Below, one piece after another: positions 55,801 through 64,000 of a stretch of DNA of 64,000 nucleotides (positions are counted from its first letter, which is position 1; each line of letters begins with the position of its first letter). The notes under the pieces were generated by a model. The model was not told the DNA's origin. It did no database searches and was given only the letters and a program-made list of their open reading frames with translations. The stretch comes from Mobula hypostoma (lineage: Eukaryota), in contig NC_086097.1 of the NCBI RefSeq assembly GCF_963921235.1, positions 66,900,001-66,964,000 of the forward strand, written 5' to 3'. The translations under genes were made by a program, and so were the position numbers.

Positions 55801-57224
55801 CGTAGATATTCAGAAGTTCTTTGACAAGGTGCCACATGAGGCTACTTAACGAGCTACGAGCCCATGGTATTACAGGCAAGATTCTGGCATGGACAAAGCA
55901 GTGGCTGATTGGCAGGAGACAAAGAGTGGGAAGAAAGGGAGCCGTTTCTGGCTGGCTGCAATGACCAGTGGTGTTCCACAGGGGTCTTTATTGGGACCAA
56001 TTCTTTTTACGTTATATGTCAGTGATTTGGATGATGGAATTGATGGCTTTGTTGCAAAGTTTGCAGATGATATGAAGATAGGTGGAGGGGCAGGTAGTTT
56101 TGTGGAAGTAGAGAAGCTACAGAAGGACTTAGATTAGGAGACTGGGCAAAGAAATGGCAGGTGGAATACAGTAATAGGAAGTGTATGGTTATGCACTTTG
56201 GTAGAAGTTCTAAATGGAGAGAAAATACAAATAACTGAGGTGCAAAGGGACTTACGAGTTCTTGTGCAGGATTCCCTAAAGGTTAATTTGCAGGTTGAGT
56301 CAGTTGTGAGCAAGGCAAATGCAATGTTAGTATTCATTTCAAGAGACCTAGAATATAAAAGCAAGGATGAAATGTTGAAACTTTATAAAGCACTGGTGAG
56401 GCCTCACTTGGAGCATTGTGAGCTGGTTTGGGCACCTCACCTTAGAAAGGATGTGCTGAAACTAGAGAGAATTCAAAGGAGGTTCACAGAAATGATTCCA
56501 GGATTGAATAGCTTGTCATATGAAGCGCGTCTGATGGCTATGGCCTGTATTCACTGAAATTCAGAAGAATGAGGGGTGAAAGGCCTTGATAGAGTGGATA
56601 TGGAGAGGATACTTCCTAAGGTGAGAGAGTCTAAGACCAGAAGAGACAGCCACAGAACAGAGAGATGTCCTTTTAGAACAGAGATAAGGAGGAATTTCTG
56701 TAGCCGGAGTGGTGAATCTGTGTAATATTTTGCCACAGGCAGCTGTGGAGGCCATTTTTACGTACATTTAAGGCAGAGGTTGATAGATTTTTGATTGGTC
56801 AGGGATTGATGGGATATGGGGAGAAGGCAGAGATTGGGGCTGAGAAGAAAATTGGATCAGCCATGATGAAATGGCAAAGCAAACTCAATGGGCCAAATGG
56901 CCTAATTCTGCTCTATATCTTTTGGTCTTATGAGACAACATCTGTGGCACATAGAAGGTAAATTATGAATTCTTTAAAACTATGTCAGGAGACTGGACAT
57001 ATTCCCCCACTATGTTTTTACTAATTAAGGAATGTCCCAAATCTGTATTTTTTAAGTCATTAAACTTTAACAATCTTTTACAAAGGGGATGTACATAAAA
57101 GATGATTTAATCAATTAAGTATAGCAAGCAAATTATAGGAATAAGTCATTCTAATTTCAGCTCAACCGTAATTTGTGCTTGACACAATTCCAATCAATGA
57201 TAATTCTTTGTCCAACCACATATA

Positions 57225-58323
57225 CAGTGCCTTGAAAAAGTATTCAGCCCCCAAACCTTTGTTTACATAAATGAGAAGTACAACCAGGGAATTGGATCAT
57301 TTTAACTGATAAATTTTACTTTTAAATCACAATCCTTTTTTCACAGTAGTGCGAAAACAGGGGAAATTGTAAAGCATGAATAATTACAAATTAAAAATTA
57401 AAAAACTGAAATGTCAGCAATTCAAATGTATTCATACCCCTCTGCTCAGTACTTAGTTGAACCCCTTCCACTAAAAGAAAGGATATCCTTGCCCATTAAG
57501 ACTTTGCAAAGTGTCACCTAGAAGACACTGTAAGGACGTGGAAGAAGGTCTTGTCATCAGATGAGACTAAAGTGAAACTTTTTGGCCTCAACACTAAGCA
57601 GTACATATGCATACATCTAATACTGCACATCAGCCAAGTAACACTATCCCTTCTGTAAAGTATGGTGGAGGTAGTATCATGCTATGGGGATGCTTTTTAG
57701 CAGCAGGTACGGGAAATCTATAGGATTGATGAGAGGATGAATGCTGATAAAAACAGAAAGATCCTGGATTAAAAACCTGCTAGCCTATGCCAAAAAGCTT
57801 AAACTGGGGAAGAAGTTCTTTCAGCAGGGCAATGACCCAAAGCACACTGCCAGAGTAACCATGGAGTGGCTTCAAAATAAAGAAAATTGATGTCCTTGAG
57901 TGGCCCAGAGTCCTGTCATTAACCCAACTGAACATCTCTGGCACAACCTCAAGATTGCTGTTCAACGCAGTCCCCAACTAATCTGCACAGCTTGAGCAAT
58001 TTTGCAAGGAGGAATAGGCAAATCTTGCTACATCACGTAAAAGAGACTTATTCAAAAAGTCTACTGGTTGGAATAACTGTAAGAGGTGGTTCAACTAAGT
58101 ACTGTGCAAAGGGGGATGAATACTTTTGAACTGCTGACATTTCCGTTTTTGAATTTTTAGTTTTTCATGCTTTACAATTTTCCCTTTATTCGAGTTCCAC
58201 TATGAAAAAAGGATCATGTAATTCACAAATTATAACTCTCAGTTAAATTGATCAAAATCCATGGCTCTAATACTCATTTATGTGAATAAATGGTTGGGGC
58301 TGAATACTTTTTCTAAGGCGCTG
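57225..58323 (+). mobile_element. Tc1/mariner transposon, internally deleted, long (~230 bp) TIRs
   Basis: TA-cagtgccttgaaaaagtattcagcccc ... ggggctgaatactttttctaaggcgctg-TA; DDE remnants [34 protein letters not shown]. Confidence 0.93.
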
Positions 58324-58849
58324 TATATCAAAACTGGTTAAGTGCACTGTTATATTGAATATTTGGATTTTCAATAACTGAATTGTAAATATGGACAAAA
58401 GAAAAAAACATCTATAATCTATCCGTCTACATAATTTTATCTTTTTACAACTAAATTTATTACAATTTGGCAAAGCGATACCACAGGATGATCAAGTTGT
58501 CAGAGACAACCAGACTATTGCTCCAATTTTTTCCAACATTAAGTAATTCAAGGTACTGGTAGTAAGATATCTAAAGCTCATTATTAAAAAATGTGAAAAT
58601 ATTCCGGGTTTACAATGAACAACTACCTCAAATAAACACGACTTAACTTTTATAATGTACGCACTTCTTTCGACGACTTAAAATACTCTAATTAAAATTA
58701 GAGAAAATAGCTCTCAATTATCATGAGACAATAAATGGGGAAACATACGATATAGCGATTGTGATAACCTGATGCCTTTGGTAACGGTGTGACGTGTTTC
58801 AAACCACAGAAAAAATTCCAGACTTTACGTTTTCCGTAATCACAAGTTA

Positions 58850-59002
<153 letters not shown>

Positions 59003-59039
59003 TTAAACTCAAAACCATATGGTAGCATTTCAAAGATGA

Positions 59040-59530
59040 ACACAAGTTTGTTTTACCACAGCCAAAGAAAACCAAGCCGGAACGGAGGGCGCCGCCGGTG
59101 AGACGGTTTAGGGTGAGGAGCTGAAACGGGCCACTTGGCTAAAACTGGCCGACTTCACTCCATGGAAACAGAGGCCAGCAGCCGCCTGTCGGAACCCAGT
59201 CACGGTAAGAAACACGTTCGGCCACCACAGCGCTCACGGTTCTGAAACAAAGACACAGAGAGGGGTGTTCGGGCCTCATTTTAAAAAGCAAGGAAAAGAG
59301 GGTGCCGACGATACTCTGAATCCATCCAGCTTACCCCTAAAACAACACAACACGCTCCCTCCTCGATAATCACCGAAACGTCACCATTACTGGTGACCCA
59401 TCCTGCCAGCAGCATTCACATCCGGGATCGCGTCGCTCCGCCCCGTGCCCGATGACACGTCCCGAGGGCAGGCTGAGTGCCCGCTCGAAGGCTGTGGTGT
59501 CGGCGGCCGTCGTGTTCGGGGGTGCAGTTT
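59040..59530 (-). promoter_or_regulatory. SRP54 CpG-rich promoter and probable non-coding first exon (donor G|gtaagc near 59335)
   Basis: CpG cluster; ETS-like CCGGATGT (59417-59424, minus strand); GC box ccgcccc at ~59438-59444. Confidence 0.7.
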
Positions 59531-59989
59531 CGCAGCCAACTTCGAGTTATGTCTCAGCTAAATTTGTGGGGTAGTGATCATTTCAATGGCTTATTCAGTA
59601 CCGTAGAGGTAAAGAAAGGGAGTATGCGAAGATGTAAAGATTAGTGTCCTTAGCTGTGAGGGGCAGGGAAAAATTCTCGACAATGAGGAGGAGGGAAAGG
59701 ACACCTATATATTGGCAAGTGGGGAGAGGTTATGGAAAGGGTATCAATACTATGGGCAATGGGGGGGGGTAGTGATCAAAAGGCCTTATTACCTTAATAC
59801 AGTATTGAGGTGGGGGCGAGGGCTCAGTACCTTGAAGAGGGTGGAGGGAAAACACCGTCAGCGCCTTGATGAGAAGGAGTACTACAATGTTAGGGATAAT
59901 ACACCAAATACCTTGGATAGTAAAAAGCCCCACAATACTGACAACATTGGAGATAGTAAAAGGCCACTCATTCCTAGACTCTTGGTAGT

Positions 59990-60700
59990 GTGGAGGATCA
60001 GAGGGATCTTGGGGTCCGAGTCCATAGGACACACAAAGCAGCTGCGCAGGTTGACTCTGTGGTTAAGAAGGCATACGGTGTAATGGCCTTCATCAATCGT
60101 GGAATTGAATTTAAGAGCTGAGAGGTAATGTTGCAGCTATATAGGACCCTGGTCAGACCCCACTTGGAGTACTGTGCTCAGTTCTGGTCGCTTCACTACA
60201 GGAAGGATGTGGAAACCATAGAAAGAGTGCAGAGGAGATTTACAAGGATGTTGCCTGAACTAGGGAGCATGCCTTATGAGAGTAGGTTGAGTGAACTCGG
60301 CCTTTTCTCCTTGGAGTGACGGAGGATGAGAGGTGACCTGATAGAGGTGTATAAGATGATGAGAGGCATTGATCATGTGGATAGTCAGAGGCTTTTTCCC
60401 CAGGGCTGAAATGGTTGCTACAAGAGGACACAGGTTTAAGATGCTGGGGAGTAGGAACAGAGGAGATGTCGGGTAAGTTTTTTACTCAGAGGGTGGTGAA
60501 TGTGTGGAATGGTCTGCCAGCAACAGTGGTGGAGGTGGATATGATAGGGTCTTTTAAGAGACTTTTGGATAGATACGTGGAGCTTAGAAAAATAAAGGGC
60601 TATAGGTAAGCCTAGTAATTTCTAAGTTAGGGACATGCTTGGCACAACTTTGTGAGCCGAAGGGCCTGTATTGTGCTGTAGGTTTTCTATGGTTCTATGC
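59990..60700 (+). mobile_element. CR1 3' fragment
   Basis: LQLYRTLVRPHLEYCAQFWS...FFTQRVVNVWNGLP; tail ttctatggttctatg. Confidence 0.9.
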
Positions 60701-61084
60701 ACATAGTGTAATGCACTTGGATTTTGTAGCTAATAGGAATTGATGGATCTTATATTGCTAGACAGCTGGTTAATGTAAGTTCTGCTTTAAAAGACCCCAA
60801 GAATCCTGGAGAACAGGAATAAAGAGACACCACCAATAAATGTGCAAAGGCCTACTGAATATCAGGACAAAAAGATGGTTAAAACCTCATCAATATTCTG
60901 GAACATGGGAGAAATGAAAGATATGTCAATACTAGTGATAAGTGGGAGTGGTTAGGGAGCTTTTTAGTACCTCAGGACATGGAGTACTGAAAAGCCTCCA
61001 AATTCCCTGATTCAAGGGTAAATTCCCTTAGTATCCTGACAGCGTGTAAACAGCCCTCAATAACCTAAACACAAAAACATCGAT

Positions 61085-61500
61085 TTTTTTTTCTAACTTT
61101 TGGTAATTTTCCCCCAACCCCTTCCAGCTTCTTCCATTCCCCACTCTGGCTCCCCTCTTACCTCTACTCCTCACCCACCTATCACCTTCCCAAGTGCCTC
61201 TTCTTCTTCCCTTTCTCCCATGGTCCACTCCTATCAGATTCCTTCTTTTCTAGCTCTTCCATCTTTTCCACCCATCACCTCCCAGCTTCTTACTTCTGAC
61301 CTCCTCCCCCCACCCACCTGGCTTTACCTATCACCTTCTGGCTTAAACTTCTTCCCCTCCACCCACCTTCTTATTCTGGTTTCTTCCCCCTCTCTTCCAA
61401 TCCTGATAAAGGGTCTCGGCCAGAAATGTCAACTGTTTATTCTTTTCCATTGATACTACCTGACTTGCTGAGTTCTATGAGCATTTTGTGTGTGTTGCCC
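61085..61500 (+). mobile_element. Older Penelope 3' UTR/pLTR fragment
   Basis: Pyrimidine-rich UTR, then degenerate cctgataaagggtctcggccagaaatgtcaac and the pLTR end. Confidence 0.7.
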
Positions 61501-62916
61501 TTAATAACCTAGGCAGCAGAAATACTTAAAAGGCCCTCAATACACTGGATAATCAGAGTGACGAAAGGTTCTCTAATGCCAAATTGTGTGGGCAGTGAAA
61601 GACCCTCAAAAACCTGGACAGCCTAGGAGTGACCGTTATTGGTGGCATGTCTTGTTCCAACTATGTACATGCCTTGACCAAGAAAGCTGACCAGTGCCTC
61701 TGCTTCCTCAGCTTGGCATGTTCCCTTTGACCCCCAGCAATTTTTATCAATGCACTGTAGAAAGCATCCCATCCAAATGCCTTACAGCTTGGTATGACAA
61801 CTGCTCTGCCCATGAAGTCCCTTAATACTCTGGACCATAGGTATTGTGAGGGGCGATTTCAATCGATACTCCAGGTCATGAAGATCATAAAAGATTCTGC
61901 AATATCCTGGATTGTGGAATCACCAACGGACCATCACAATATCGAGCAAGTCAGTAATTTAGGATTGGTGCAAAGCCGAGAATAGTGGAGGAAAATGAAG
62001 GGTCCGTAGATTTTCTGCAGTGTTTTTTTTTCCTGAAAAATCCCTGGATAACTGAGATAGTGAAGTTAAAGACCCCATAATACAATGGAAAGTGAGAGTA
62101 CTGAAACGTATGCTTTGTATTTTGTTTTATTTATATTTATCCCCAAAGTCTTTATTTTACGAAGAAAATCCTTCATGAGAACTATTAGCAGTGCCTCCTG
62201 CCACTTACTTCTCTTTTCTGAGCCTGAGAAAAGTTGGTTTCTTGATTGGTACCTCAAAAAGATAAAAACCATGGAGGCTCCTTTTTGGTTCAACTTGAGT
62301 TATCGTACTTGAGCAAAAGAGGTAACTAGCTGCACTAATTTCAACATCTAAACGATTGAAGATACTGTAGTTCCTTTCCACTGGACTAGTAATTTGTAAC
62401 CATGTGAAGAAACACTAGCGAGGGGAGTGTTGTTTTTATTTAAGCTGTTCCTGGATGATGTCAACTTTTCTGAAAACAGTTTGGAAATATTGTTCCTCTT
62501 TTTGCACTTGATGCTTGTAATTCTGATAGCCCTTAAAATTCAAAGCTTTATTAAGCTAATGAGATATTTGTAATAAAAAGCAGCATGCTGTAAGAACTCA
62601 AGTCAAGCAGTATCCGTGGAGGCAAACGATGAAAGTCCACAGATTCTTCTTGACTGCTAAGTTCTTCCAATATTCCGTTTTACTTTTGTTCCAGATTCCA
62701 GCATCCACAATGTTTTTTTTTGTCCGACCTTGTGTTTGTAATGAATGCTACCAAGTCTGTAATATACTGCCTCAGCTGATTATAGTTTCTGCTAGCCAAG
62801 AAAGTCATAGAGTTATACAGCATGGAAACAGGCTGTTTAGTCCAACTCATTCATGCCAATCAGTTACCAACCTGAGCTAGTTCCATTTGCCTGTTTTTGG
62901 CCTATATCCTCTAAAC

Positions 62917-63106
62917 CATCGGTCGGCAACCTTTTTGCCTCTGTGGGCCAGATCGCATATTAATGAGCGGATGGTGGGCTAGATAAACGCCATAAAAACT
63001 TGAAATATGGGAATTATCCATTTAAGTGCATCGAGTTATGTTTTGCCTCAAATTAATGAATAACACCTGCTAGAAAATCATTTGTGCTTAAGGTTGCCTA
63101 CCCCTG
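62917..63106. mobile_element. hAT MITE (190 bp)
   Basis: TIRs catcggtcggcaacct / aggttgcctacccctg; perfect 8-bp TSD ctctaaac. Confidence 0.9.
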
Positions 63107-63548
63107 CTCTAAACCTTTTCTATTTGTGTACCTGGCTAAATGTCTTTTAATCTATAATTGTACTCACCTCTACCACTTCCTCTTGCAGTTTGTCCCAAAT
63201 ACCAACCATTCTCTCTGTGAAAAACTTACCTGTCAAAACTCGTACAACTTTTGTAAAATGAGCGATAAATAGGAGTTAGTAAAGAGCCTTGACCTTTATT
63301 TTTCTGTAGTTGTTGCATGTAATGCCATATCAGCTTTCACGCAATTTCTGTGAACAAGTCTTTATTAATCTGTTCCCAGAACATTATGTAAAGGATTTAA
63401 GAGAGACTTGAAGGTTTATGCAAGGCTACATGAGGTAAATGGCATCTTGATTGTAAAAGGTCATACCCATTATTTACAAGTAAACAAGTTCAGTTTTGAA
63501 TTTCAGGTGAGAGTCGCAATCAAACTAAAACCAATTGGCTTTACAATG

Positions 63549-63736
63549 ATCTCTAGGAAGAGGTACAGTCGATGTTTCAGGCTGGGACCCTTCGGCAGGA
63601 CTGTCCTGACGAAGGGTCCCGGCCTGAAACGTTGACTGTACCTCTTCCTAGAGATGCTGCCTGACCTGCTGTGTTCACCAGCAACTTTGATGTGTGTTGC
63701 TTGAATTTCCAGCATCTGCAGAATTCCTCGTGTTTG
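63549..63736. mobile_element. Mini fold-back Penelope insertion with back-to-back hammerhead motifs
   Basis: Inversion centred at ~63600 (caggactgtcctg); 13-bp TSD tggctttacaatg; plus-strand core CTGACGA...GAAACGTT. Confidence 0.9.
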
Positions 63737-64000
63737 TGGCTTTACAATGGTCCATCTGAGCTGATGCGCACATTGCAACTTACACAGTCATATGGGGAAA
63801 TATCACCATCGCTGGAGTGGAATCAAAAAAACAATGACACTAACTTAAAGAAAATTACATTATGTTGCGGACAAAAGCTTGGTCAGGATGGTCTTAACGG
63901 CAAAAAAAAAGGGATTTGGAGCAAGTATAATCATTTTCTCCCAAAATTATAGAAACTGAAAATAAGGAGCCAATGTGTGAATATAGATGAGAACATGAAC

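Larger units (their letters stand above)
48340..56932 (+). mobile_element. Near full-length decayed CR1 (5'UTR, ORF1 zinc finger plus SGNH esterase, ORF2), split by the Gypsy element and a small insert at ~55005-55220
   Basis: ORF1 MPGKIVKCSSCRMCE, VVIGDSLVR, VVVHVGTND; ORF2 remnants ending at tcttttggtcttatg; two ORF2-start-like segments (~53850, ~54030) suggest two CR1 copies joined. Confidence 0.85.

Noticed and set aside
63310..63510. Possible plus-strand exon (tttctgtag| ... gag|gtaaat) of a divergent transcript
   Set aside because: Splice-like motifs only; no convincing ORF or other support

Overview
Vertebrate genomic DNA. The repeat landscape (dense CR1, Penelope, Rex1, RTE, hAT, Tigger, Tc1) suggests a cartilaginous fish, probably a ray; this is inferred and not proven. 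The one complete host gene is SRP54 on the minus strand: 15 coding exons from ATG 58933 to TGA 18807, totalling 1515 nt (504 aa), with a CpG-rich promoter near 59.0-59.5 kb and a non-canonical GC-AG last intron. A second CpG island near 15.2-16.0 kb probably starts the next minus-strand gene, possibly FAM177A1 by synteny. The rest is mostly transposable elements, often nested. The standout is a Gypsy LTR element (48537-52833) in an SRP54 intron whose RNaseH/integrase region is replaced by an intronless, internally deleted piece of sarcomeric myosin heavy-chain rod sequence fused to the RT frame, which looks like retrovirus-style capture of a cellular mRNA. Also notable are a young family of fold-back Penelope insertions with minimal hammerhead ribozymes and 13-16 bp TSDs, a three-level hAT/hAT/solo-LTR nest, and DNA transposons resembling mammalian MER2 and Charlie3/MER1. 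Boundaries of degraded elements are approximate. Similarities to named families and proteins are from recall, not from database searches.
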